NCBI GenBank assembly: GCA_009780675.1
Contig: WQZP01000018.1
Span: 1-51,037 of the forward strand
Length of the DNA stretch: 51,037 bases
Reading direction: 5' to 3'
From: Spirochaetaceae bacterium
GTDB taxonomy: Bacteria > Spirochaetota > Spirochaetia > CADAEX01
Positions 38,446 to 46,934 of the stretch are shown here, piece after piece (position 1 is the first letter of the stretch; each line of letters opens with the position of its first letter). Position numbers and translations under genes: made by a program. The notes beneath the pieces were generated by a model. The model was not told where the DNA came from, did not search any database, and was given only the letters and a program-made list of their open reading frames with translations.

Positions 38446-40566
38446 GCAGTATACAATATTATCTTTTACTTCAAGTGGTGTTTCAAAAAATTTATCAATA
38501 GAAATTTTCTTCATCTCTTCCTTGGGCGCTTCATAACCAGCAGGAACCACTCTGTCTCCTGGAGAAGCATCGGGTGCAAAGATAACCTCTACAGTTTTAT
38601 CATCTTCTGCGCAAAGAAGCATGCCATTGCTTTCAACACCGCGCAACTTTGCAGGCTTTAAGTTATAGGCAACAATTATGTTGTGGCCAAGAAGCTCTTC
38701 TTCTTTGTAAAACGGGACAAGTCCCGAAACAATTTGCCGCTCTTCACCGTTACCCATGTCAAGAATTTCAATATAAAGTTTTTCCGCTTCCGGGTGCCTT
38801 TTTATATCTTTTATTTTCGCAACTCTTAAATCAACTGTTTCGGCAAAAACTTTTTCCTTTGGCTCAATCTTTTCTACAGCTTTTCCCTCACTCTTCTCCA
38901 CGTTCTCACCTCTTTCCTTTTGGCTCCCTTTAAATTTTTCCCTCAAGTTGTTGATAAGGTCATCTTCGAGTTTTGTAAAAAGTATTTCGGGATTTACCTT
39001 ATTGATTTTCCCTTTTGGCTTGCCAAGTTTATCCCATGTAAAATCTTTTGAATCAATAAAAGAGAGAATTTTTTCTGATGTATATGGAGTATAAGGCTGA
39101 ATAAGAAGAGCAAGGTCTCTTACAAGATAAACAAGGTCTGAAATAAGTCTATGCGCTTTTTCAGGATTTTCATTTTTCATTTTCCAGGGCTCGGAATCCT
39201 GAAAAATTTTATTACCAAAAGCAGAAAGTTCAAATATTACATGATAAGCATCTTTGAGTTCCGCCCTATCCAGATGAGCTGTGATTTTTTCTTCATAAGT
39301 TTTAACATTGTTCCAGAAATCGGTGTTCGCGCTAGCATCCCCTTCTATGACTTCGCTGTTAAAAAATCTGGCTGCAAATGTCAAAGTCCTGTTTATAAGA
39401 TTTCCCAAGTTACCTATAAGTTCTGAATTAACTTTTTCCTGAAAATCTTTCCATGTAAAAAGATAATCTGACTTTTCCGGTCTGTTATAAAATATATAGA
39501 ATCTCCAGACATCAGCAGGTATTCCTGAATCTTTACAATCTGTTCCAAAAACTCCTATACCTTTGCTTTTTGAAAATTTGCCGCTCTCATAATTAAGGTA
39601 TTCGGTTGATGACATATGATAAAGCGTTGTCCACTCTTCGTCGGAACCCAAAAGAGTTGATGGGAAAATTACAGTATGAAAAGGGATATTGTCTTTTCCA
39701 ATAAATTGAAAAAGCTGGACATTATCAGGATTTTTCCACCATTTTTCCCAATCATCCATAAGTGTTGCGGTAATAGAAATATACCCGATCGGAGCATCAA
39801 ACCATACATAAAATACTTTATCTTCAAAACCTTCTTTGGGAACAGGTATCCCCCATTTTAAATCACGGGTGATTCCTCTTTCTCTTAGTCCATCCCGTAT
39901 CCAGCTCTTTGTCATTTGAAGAGCATTCCTTGACCAAAACCCTTCAACAGATCTTTTATTGATCCACGGCTCAAGAATCGAAACAATATCAGGAAGATTA
40001 ATATATAGGTGTTTTGTTGATTTAATAACTGGCTCTGATTGGCAGACTCCGCAGCGAGGTTTTACAAGTTCTGTTGGGTCGAGCAATTTGCCGCAATGTT
40101 CGCACTGGTCGCCACGCGCATCTTCATAAGCACAAGAAGGGCAAGTTCCCTTTACATACCTGTCCGCAAGAAAACGTTGGCATTTTGTACAATAAAGCTG
40201 TTCAATGGTTTTTTCATTAATATATTTGTTTTTATCAAGACCATGAAAAAGCGACTGGGTGATTTCTGTATGTTGTTTAGTGGAAGTTCTTCCAAATTTG
40301 TCAAATGATATATGAAACCATTCATAAATATCTTTATGGATAACATAAAATTTATCGCAGAGCTCTTTTGGGGTAATTCCTTCTTCAAGCGCTTTTGTTT
40401 CTGTAGCAGTACCATATTCATCTGTGCCACAAACATATATAGTGTCATAACCTTTCAATCTGCAGAATCGGGCAAATACATCAGCAGATAAAACCTGTAT
40501 AAGATTGCCTAAATGTGGGATATTATTTACATACGGCAATGCAGATGTGATAAGTCTTTTTTTCAT
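38368..40566 (-). CDS. metG: Methionine--tRNA ligase with C-terminal tRNA-binding (EMAP-like) domain
   Basis: MKKRLITSALPYVNNIPHLGN (HIGH region), KFSKSKG (KMSKS), zinc knuckle CTKCQRF...CPSC, C-terminal VESNGMLLCAE. The last ~30 codons read through the GC-rich palindrome. Confidence 0.9.
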   Translation of the reverse strand: MKKRLITSALPYVNNIPHLGNLIQVLSADVFARFCRLKGYDTIYVCGTDEYGTATETKALEEGITPKELCDKFYVIHKDIYEWFHISFDKFGRTSTKQHTEITQSLFHGLDKNKYINEKTIEQLYCTKCQRFLADRYVKGTCPSCAYEDARGDQCEHCGKLLDPTELVKPRCGVCQSEPVIKSTKHLYINLPDIVSILEPWINKRSVEGFWSRNALQMTKSWIRDGLRERGITRDLKWGIPVPKEGFEDKVFYVWFDAPIGYISITATLMDDWEKWWKNPDNVQLFQFIGKDNIPFHTVIFPSTLLGSDEEWTTLYHMSSTEYLNYESGKFSKSKGIGVFGTDCKDSGIPADVWRFYIFYNRPEKSDYLFTWKDFQEKVNSELIGNLGNLINRTLTFAARFFNSEVIEGDASANTDFWNNVKTYEEKITAHLDRAELKDAYHVIFELSAFGNKIFQDSEPWKMKNENPEKAHRLISDLVYLVRDLALLIQPYTPYTSEKILSFIDSKDFTWDKLGKPKGKINKVNPEILFTKLEDDLINNLREKFKGSQKERGENVEKSEGKAVEKIEPKEKVFAETVDLRVAKIKDIKRHPEAEKLYIEILDMGNGEERQIVSGLVPFYKEEELLGHNIIVAYNLKPAKLRGVESNGMLLCAEDDKTVEVIFAPDASPGDRVVPAGYEAPKEEMKKISIDKFFETPLEVKDNIVYCASAPLALACGSSNIKTEKVSNGKVR

Positions 40567-40739
40567 AATAATTTACTATATGTTTCTGCTTTTTTAATGT
40601 CAAGTAATTATCAGTCTGGCACAAAATCGATAATCTTCAATATTATTGCAAAAACTGTCAAGTAATGGATTGTTTCACCTTGACTAGAAACCCACTCTTA
40701 AGTAACCTTATGCCATAGTAAAAATCAAGGAGGAAAATA

Positions 40740-41702
40740 ATGGGCGATTTTAACCTAAATTTTAAGCCCCCGCAGATAAAACTTAAGCCAAAAACAGTTC
40801 TAACTTTTATCGTTGTACTAGTGATAGGGATTATAGGAGTATCAACATTCTATATGGTAGATCAGACAGAAAGAGCTGTAGTTTTAAGATTTGGAAAATT
40901 CAACAGAATTACAGAACCAGGGCTCCATCTAAAAATTCCTTTTGGAATTGAAAGAAATTTTAATGTTCCCACACAAGTTGTTCAAACAATGGCGTTTGAT
41001 TTTAAACCTGAAAATCTTCAACGCTCAAGGCATGCTAATGTAAGAGAATCACTTATGCTTACAGGCGATCTTAATATTATGAATGTTGAGTGGATTGTTC
41101 AGTATAGAATAACTGACCCAAGGGCATGGCTGTTTAATGTAGAAGCCAGGGAAAGCACAATCTGGGATATTTCTCAATCTGTAATAAATATGCTTATAGG
41201 TGACAGAGGTATTTTTGATATTATGGGAAGAGAGAGAGACTCTATAGAGCTGCACGCCAGAGAGCTTATAAATTTAAGATTCAATAATTATGCATTGGGA
41301 GTAACTGTCTCACAAGTAAGGCTTCAAAGTATTGTACCGCCAGCAGGAGCTGTATGGGATGCTTTTGAGGATGTTAACAGAGCGCAGCAGGATATGAACA
41401 GACTTATAAATGAAGGTATGGAAGCTTATAACAGGGAAATCCCAAGAGCAAGAGGTGTAGCGGAAAGAATTATTCACGAAGCTCACGGATATGCTGTAGC
41501 GCGTGTAAACATGGCAGAAGGAGATGCAGCAAGATTTAACTCTGTACTTGACGAATACCGCAATAACAGAGCTGTTACAAGAACCAGATTGTATATAGAA
41601 ATGTTTGAAGAAGTATTTGGCGCTCAGGAAGGAACAGATCTTATAGACAGAAACCTCAGCAATTTTATCCCTTTTAGAAATATACAAGGCGGTACAAGAT
41701 GA
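40740..41702 (+). CDS. hflK: HflK (SPFH/band-7 membrane protease modulator)
   Basis: N-terminal TM then ERAVVLRFGKFNRITEPGLHLKIPFGIE (SPFH domain). 320 aa, paired with hflC. Confidence 0.85.
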   Translation: MGDFNLNFKPPQIKLKPKTVLTFIVVLVIGIIGVSTFYMVDQTERAVVLRFGKFNRITEPGLHLKIPFGIERNFNVPTQVVQTMAFDFKPENLQRSRHANVRESLMLTGDLNIMNVEWIVQYRITDPRAWLFNVEARESTIWDISQSVINMLIGDRGIFDIMGRERDSIELHARELINLRFNNYALGVTVSQVRLQSIVPPAGAVWDAFEDVNRAQQDMNRLINEGMEAYNREIPRARGVAERIIHEAHGYAVARVNMAEGDAARFNSVLDEYRNNRAVTRTRLYIEMFEEVFGAQEGTDLIDRNLSNFIPFRNIQGGTR

Positions 41703-42697
41703 ATAAAAAACTAATAACAATAATCCTTACTGTTTTAGGTATACTAATACTCCTTGTTGTAATGGGGCCTTTCTATATTCTAAATGAAGGTCAGCAGGCA
41801 GTAGTAATCAGGTTTGGAAGGATCGTAGATGTCCAGCAGGAAGCAGGCCTTAAACTCAAAGTGCCTTTTATTGACAATGTTGTAAGATATTCAAAAAGAA
41901 TTCTTTCATGGGATGGAAGAGCACAAGACAGAATTCCTACAATAGAACAACTTTTTATATGGGTAGATGTAACAGCAAGGTGGAGAATCGCAGATCCTGC
42001 GCAATTTTATGCTGCAGTAACAAATATGGATAATGCCCAAAACAGACTTAATGAAACAATACTTTCATCTGTAAGAACAGTAATTTCCAATAACACACTA
42101 AGAGAAGCTGTAAGAAGCTCCAATCTTATAAATGAGCTTGCAGAAGCTCCTGCGCAATTTATCGCTGATGCAGATGATGCAATCATAAGAGAACTTCAAG
42201 AGCTTGAAAGGAGTCAGGATACAGCAAGACAGGAAGAAATAGAAAAAGGGAGAGAAGCCCTTTCTATTGAAATATTTGATGCTGTAAGCGCAGTTACTCC
42301 GCAGTTTGGAATAGAGCTTATAGACATTATTATACGACAGATAAGATATTCAGATGACCTTAAAGAAAGCGTATACCGCAGAATGATAGTAGACAGGAAT
42401 CAGGTTGCGCAGCTCTACAGGTCTGCAGGTGAAGGGCAAAAAGCTATGTGGCTTGGAAGACTCCAGCATGAGCAGGAAACAATCCTTTCACAAGCGCGCA
42501 GAACCGCACAGGAAATTATGGGTCGTGCCGATGCAACAGCAACAAGAATATATAATAATGCTTATTCAAGAGATCAGGCATTTTTTGAGTTCTGGAGACA
42601 TTTGGAGAGTTACAGAAAAACATTCCCGAATTTTAATCCAGTAATTACTACAGATATGGAATACTTTAGATTCCTTGAGAGACAAACTCCAAGGTAA
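41699..42697 (+). CDS. hflC: HflC (SPFH/band-7 membrane protease modulator)
   Basis: N-terminal TM then QQAVVIRFGRIVDVQQEAGLKLKVPFIDNV. ATGA overlap with hflK. Confidence 0.85.
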   Translation: MNKKLITIILTVLGILILLVVMGPFYILNEGQQAVVIRFGRIVDVQQEAGLKLKVPFIDNVVRYSKRILSWDGRAQDRIPTIEQLFIWVDVTARWRIADPAQFYAAVTNMDNAQNRLNETILSSVRTVISNNTLREAVRSSNLINELAEAPAQFIADADDAIIRELQELERSQDTARQEEIEKGREALSIEIFDAVSAVTPQFGIELIDIIIRQIRYSDDLKESVYRRMIVDRNQVAQLYRSAGEGQKAMWLGRLQHEQETILSQARRTAQEIMGRADATATRIYNNAYSRDQAFFEFWRHLESYRKTFPNFNPVITTDMEYFRFLERQTPR

Positions 42698-42710
42698 TTA
42701 AACAACAAAA

Positions 42711-42741
42711 AGGGCTGCACGAGTTGACAGCCCTTTTTTTA
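42711..42741 (+). terminator. Rho-independent terminator after hflC
   Basis: agggctg-cacgagttga-cagccct followed by ttttttt. Confidence 0.75.
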
Positions 42742-42839
42742 TTTTGTTCTCTATCGTTAAAGGCCACTTCGACCTAGATCATGCTTATAATCTGATTAAA
42801 GAAAAAAACAAGATAATGTTGGAAGCTTGCCCTCTCTTA

Positions 42840-43238
42840 TTATTTGCCCAACTCAGCCTTCAATTTTACAATAGCTGCAAAATCTTTAACATCCAACGCA
42901 TACTTGATAGCCTTCTCAACATTTGCATCTGAAATATCCATCTCTTTTGGATACCTTGGCTGTACACTGAAATCAGTCAAATAATTGCAGTTTGGTAATA
43001 GACTCAAAAAGTTATTATCATATTCTGAGCATAAATTACAAAGATTAGTTAAATCATGTATTTTTGGTGGCATTTTTCCTCTGGAGACCAAAAAGCCTTT
43101 TAGATATTTTTCTACTGCTTGCTCACAATGATAACATATTATTTCACGATGCTGTGGTCGCACTTCTTTCAATAACAGGGCTGTGTCAATATCAGCATCT
43201 GCAAATTTGAACCACTCGGCAACCAGCTCTTTATCCAT
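42840..43238 (-). CDS. HEPN-domain protein (toxin component of a HEPN/MNT pair)
   Basis: ...YHCEQAVEKYLKGFLVSRGKMPPKIHDLTNL matches the HEPN pattern (H..QAvEKaLKa....THdL..L). 132 aa. Overlaps the upstream MNT gene by 8 nt. Confidence 0.75.
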   Translation of the reverse strand: MDKELVAEWFKFADADIDTALLLKEVRPQHREIICYHCEQAVEKYLKGFLVSRGKMPPKIHDLTNLCNLCSEYDNNFLSLLPNCNYLTDFSVQPRYPKEMDISDANVEKAIKYALDVKDFAAIVKLKAELGK

Positions 43239-43560
43239 AGATTTTTATCCCTTCATCTGCGATTACCTTTTCAAGGGTTAATCTGTTTTTACGGTTTTCA
43301 AATATGCTTTTCTTTCCTATCAAGAGATCCATAGGAACTGTTATTTTTCGGTGTAAGCTCATGCGGATCTTTGCGCCAAGCTCTATAGTATCTGTTTCAG
43401 AATCAGGAACAACAACATAAATGTCAATATCAGAGTCGCTATCAGGCATCCCCTGCGCGTATGAACCAAAAAGATAAATTGATTCTGGGGTTGTATTGGC
43501 TTTAATTGCGTCAGTTATAAAATCAAGTTCATTTTGAATTGCTGGATTCATCTTAGACAT
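43231..43560 (-). CDS. Minimal nucleotidyltransferase (MNT; antitoxin-type partner of HEPN)
   Basis: IYLFGSYAQGMPDSDSDIDIYVVV, the GS-x9-13-DxD nucleotidyltransferase motif. 109 aa. Confidence 0.8.
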   Translation of the reverse strand: MSKMNPAIQNELDFITDAIKANTTPESIYLFGSYAQGMPDSDSDIDIYVVVPDSETDTIELGAKIRMSLHRKITVPMDLLIGKKSIFENRKNRLTLEKVIADEGIKIYG

Positions 43561-43581
43561 TTTCTCCCCTCATCCATTCAG

Positions 43582-43620
43582 ATTATACAACCTATACACA
43601 TCCCTAGCAATGCCATTTTT
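43582..43620 (-). promoter_or_regulatory. Sigma70-type promoter for the MNT-HEPN operon
   Basis: Minus strand TTGCTA-N17-TATAAT, then GAGGGGAG SD and the ATG. Confidence 0.4.
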
Positions 43621-43629
43621 CCCTCTCTC

Positions 43630-44838
43630 TTAAAAACGTAGTCGTGCGCCTGCATTTACAATGGCTCTGGCGTGGCTTTTTTTGGGTCCCAGCTCTCCTA
43701 CTTTGCCATCTCTAATGCTCTTTTGGTCAAATGGAACATTTGCTGTCAGGTTAAGGGAAAAGCCCTGAAAAATCTCATAATCAAATCTTAATATGGGCTG
43801 AAATGAAAGGTCATCAAAACAAAAAACCGTTGAAAAAGTCAGGGATGTAAAAATATTAAACTTATACAAAACAGCTCCATAGAGGTAGTGATGATTTAAA
43901 AAAAAGCCACCTGCGCCAAAAGCAGTTGCCGACGAAGAACCATTAAAAAGATATTCAAACAACACATAGAGATCGCCATCCAGAAAACTGTAGTCAAAAC
44001 CTGCGCTTGCTGAAAGACCTTCTATGCCATCTGCGTTGCCTGGGTTAAGAGTGTAGAGAGCATCAAACATAAAGCCCAGTTCCAAATCTGCTTTTATGGA
44101 AAGACCAAAGCGGTGTTTGCCCCACTTTGATTCAGCTAGAGGAGCCTCTGGAAAATTCGAAGTTGTGTCAAAACTCCGCGGGGTTTCGTACGCGTAAAGA
44201 ACCTGGACACTTCCCCTGCTCCAGTGTTGATCCAGCGCAACCCCGGGAATGATGAACCCACTGCCATCAGACTCAAAAGGGTCCCTTGGCGCTGCGGCAA
44301 AGAGCATCAGCTCCATGGAATCTGCAGGGTAAAATGAAAAAGTTGTTCCAAGCACACCCCTGTGCCTTGCGTTATGAGAAAGCGGGTTGCGCGGATTAAG
44401 AAAATCCGAAGGCCCCCAGACCTGGCCATAACCAAATGCCATGCGGAGAAGCCCTGCCTCAGTATCAAAAAGATCGCTGTTTATCCTAAAGTATAGCCGC
44501 TCCAATTCAATGGCTGCTGCGTAATTCTGGCCATAAGCAAACGGCGTAGAGGCAAGTGGATTTTGATTCAATGCCTGCATAGAATTCGCAGCCTCAACAT
44601 AATTCCCGGAAATGGCAATAAGATTAAAAGCAGAGATAAGGGTTGCCCTTTCCCCTGTTCTCACCCTAAGTCGCAAGTTGGCAAATTGTTCAAGCCCAAA
44701 AGAGTGGGACTGGCTACCTCCTGCTCCGGCTGTATAATTTACTGTGCTGTCCAAAACACCAGACAAATCCTGAGCAAATAGAGCGCTGCCACTAATTAGA
44801 AAAAGTATGATTACAAAAAAAGCAAAGCCTTGTTTCAT
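43630..44838 (-). CDS. Predicted outer-membrane beta-barrel protein (last gene of the Lol/MacB-like operon)
   Basis: Signal peptide MKQGFAFFVIILFLISGSALFAQ. Alternating amphipathic strands rich in G/Y/F/A. Terminal ...GARLRF with C-terminal Phe typical of OMPs. Confidence 0.55.
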   Translation of the reverse strand: MKQGFAFFVIILFLISGSALFAQDLSGVLDSTVNYTAGAGGSQSHSFGLEQFANLRLRVRTGERATLISAFNLIAISGNYVEAANSMQALNQNPLASTPFAYGQNYAAAIELERLYFRINSDLFDTEAGLLRMAFGYGQVWGPSDFLNPRNPLSHNARHRGVLGTTFSFYPADSMELMLFAAAPRDPFESDGSGFIIPGVALDQHWSRGSVQVLYAYETPRSFDTTSNFPEAPLAESKWGKHRFGLSIKADLELGFMFDALYTLNPGNADGIEGLSASAGFDYSFLDGDLYVLFEYLFNGSSSATAFGAGGFFLNHHYLYGAVLYKFNIFTSLTFSTVFCFDDLSFQPILRFDYEIFQGFSLNLTANVPFDQKSIRDGKVGELGPKKSHARAIVNAGARLRF

Positions 44839-44849
44839 AGTTAAACTTC

Positions 44850-45590
44850 CTACCGTCGCAAGTTACGCTGAGTGAACACCGAGTCAGCAATGGGTCTGTC
44901 CAGAACAACATTCCTCATTATGAAAGTCGTTCTGCTGCCTCTGCGCAAGAGGTCCCGCATTTCTCCCTCGACCGGAAACCGCCGACCATCAATAACCTCC
45001 ACTCTTATAAGATTGTACTCCTTGAGCTTGGCTCCGGAAAGCGCAAAAAGTTCATAACGGAGGAGGTCCCCGTTTTCCTGGTCGATCCAAAGCATACGCC
45101 TGGGATAACTTTCAGTGCGGCTTTTTGCATTAAGCTCCAGCATCCAGACAGGTCGTCCATTCAGTATGTCAGGGCCTAAAAGAATTGGATTGTAACGGGA
45201 AGCAAGACTAGCATTATCCATTGTATCTTCGTAGGACATATCAGACCCCATCATACTTTCCCTAAGCATATGACCGGAAATAAGCGTTATTCTTTCTGTG
45301 TCAGGCGAATAGACAAAAAGCCTGCCATCTGTTTTGAGATATCGTATCCCCCTGTCCTCTGGATTGGTAAATTCAATAAAGCTGTCGGCATTTCCCCTGC
45401 CCCAGCCCCTGAATGTTTTTACAAAACGGCGGTTCTGATGTTCGATAATCATTTCCCCATCATACTCTATGGTGTTGAAAATCTCGTTAGCATCAACCCT
45501 TGCCAGCAGCTCTGCTGCAGTAGGTGTTTGGGCAAAAGCAAATGAGGCAACAGATGCTAATAACATTATAAAAAATAATTTCTTCTTCAT
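44850..45590 (-). CDS. LolA-like periplasmic lipoprotein carrier / outer-membrane lipoprotein-sorting protein (putative)
   Basis: Signal peptide MKKKLFFIMLLASVASFAFAQ. ~225-aa mature protein. Operon context with LolCDE-like ABC genes. Fold assignment was not verified. Confidence 0.4.
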   Translation of the reverse strand: MKKKLFFIMLLASVASFAFAQTPTAAELLARVDANEIFNTIEYDGEMIIEHQNRRFVKTFRGWGRGNADSFIEFTNPEDRGIRYLKTDGRLFVYSPDTERITLISGHMLRESMMGSDMSYEDTMDNASLASRYNPILLGPDILNGRPVWMLELNAKSRTESYPRRMLWIDQENGDLLRYELFALSGAKLKEYNLIRVEVIDGRRFPVEGEMRDLLRRGSRTTFIMRNVVLDRPIADSVFTQRNLRR

Positions 45591-45618
45591 ATAAATACCT
45601 CACAAAATAATTTTTTCT

Positions 45619-46932
45619 CTATCGCCTCAATGCTTCTACTGGCTCCACAAATGCGCTTTTAATCGAAGGAATCAGTGTAAAAAGCGAAGCAACTACTACG
45701 CCCATAATCCACGCGCGTATAAGTATAAAAAAATTGAATGCCAGAAAAATCGATTGACTCATTGGCATTTCTGCAAATGTGTTGCCATACAAATCTCCCA
45801 TACGAATAGGATATTCTGAAAATATGCCGGCAACTATTCCTCCAACAATTACTCCGGCAAACGCGCCAAAGGCTGCCATAAATATGGACTCAAAGAAAAA
45901 TACTTTTACAATTTCATTGCGGGTCATGCCAAGGCAGCCCATCATCCCTATTTCCTTTATGCGCTCGTGGATTATCATTACCACAGTGTTGATAATAAGA
46001 AAACTCGCCACAATAAGAAATATCAAAAAAATAATAGTATATAACGGCATTACCATTCTCATTACCGCAACCCAGTAGTTATCACTCCATTCAGTAACAA
46101 CATTGTCATTGCCCAAAAGATTCTGCACTGCGGCTGTAATAGAGGCGCTCTGTTTTTCATCATCTGCGAAAATCACCAGAGACTGAGTCCCTTCCCCCAA
46201 TGCAAGCAAGCGCTGAAGTCGCTCAAAATCTGCAATGATATATTGTTCATCTATCTTGATATAATCAAAACTGAATATGCCTGTAATCATCGGACTCCAA
46301 AACCTGTCTGAAAAATGGGCAGATGTTGTTCTAAGAAAAATCTCGTCACCAATGGTCATCCCTGATTTGTGGGCAAAGACACGCCCAATAGCAATTTCAT
46401 TGCCTCCAGGTGCAGGCCATCGCCCTTCAATAAGGCCATCGCTGCGATCTGTAAGGTTAAAATTGTTAGCCGCCATTTCATCAGCTATATTTATCCCCCA
46501 TAGTATCGCGTGTTTGATTGTGCTCTCCTGCAAAGAGGCAAAAGTAGTTATCCTTGGAAAAACATGGCGCACTCCAGGAATATTACTGATAGAAGCTGCA
46601 AGCTCTCTCCAGCTTGCCCCGTCCGCCACAGGGTACTGCACAGGGAGATATTCTTTTTCAGCCTCGAAGGTTGACGACACCACTCTGACATGACCCAGCT
46701 CATAAATCTGTACTGTATCATTTATGCTCTTTATCATCCCTTCTATCATTGATGAATAAACCACGATAAAAAACACTGCCACTCCTACAGCAGCAAAACA
46801 AAAGATAGTGCGCCGCTTGTTACGCCAGATGTTACGGTATGCGATTTTGATAAGGGTTGCTGTGCCGCCTTGTTTATATTTGTTTTCTATTCCTAACTGC
46901 TCATTATTCATTACTCGCTCCTCCTTATTCAA
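45619..46932 (-). CDS. ABC transporter permease, FtsX/MacB/LolCE family
   Basis: N-terminal TM, ~230-aa periplasmic domain, C-terminal FtsX 3-TM bundle (...EIGMMGCLGMTRNEIVKVFFFESIFMAAFGA...). Confidence 0.8.
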   Translation of the reverse strand: MNKEERVMNNEQLGIENKYKQGGTATLIKIAYRNIWRNKRRTIFCFAAVGVAVFFIVVYSSMIEGMIKSINDTVQIYELGHVRVVSSTFEAEKEYLPVQYPVADGASWRELAASISNIPGVRHVFPRITTFASLQESTIKHAILWGINIADEMAANNFNLTDRSDGLIEGRWPAPGGNEIAIGRVFAHKSGMTIGDEIFLRTTSAHFSDRFWSPMITGIFSFDYIKIDEQYIIADFERLQRLLALGEGTQSLVIFADDEKQSASITAAVQNLLGNDNVVTEWSDNYWVAVMRMVMPLYTIIFLIFLIVASFLIINTVVMIIHERIKEIGMMGCLGMTRNEIVKVFFFESIFMAAFGAFAGVIVGGIVAGIFSEYPIRMGDLYGNTFAEMPMSQSIFLAFNFFILIRAWIMGVVVASLFTLIPSIKSAFVEPVEALRR

Positions 46933-46934
46933 GC

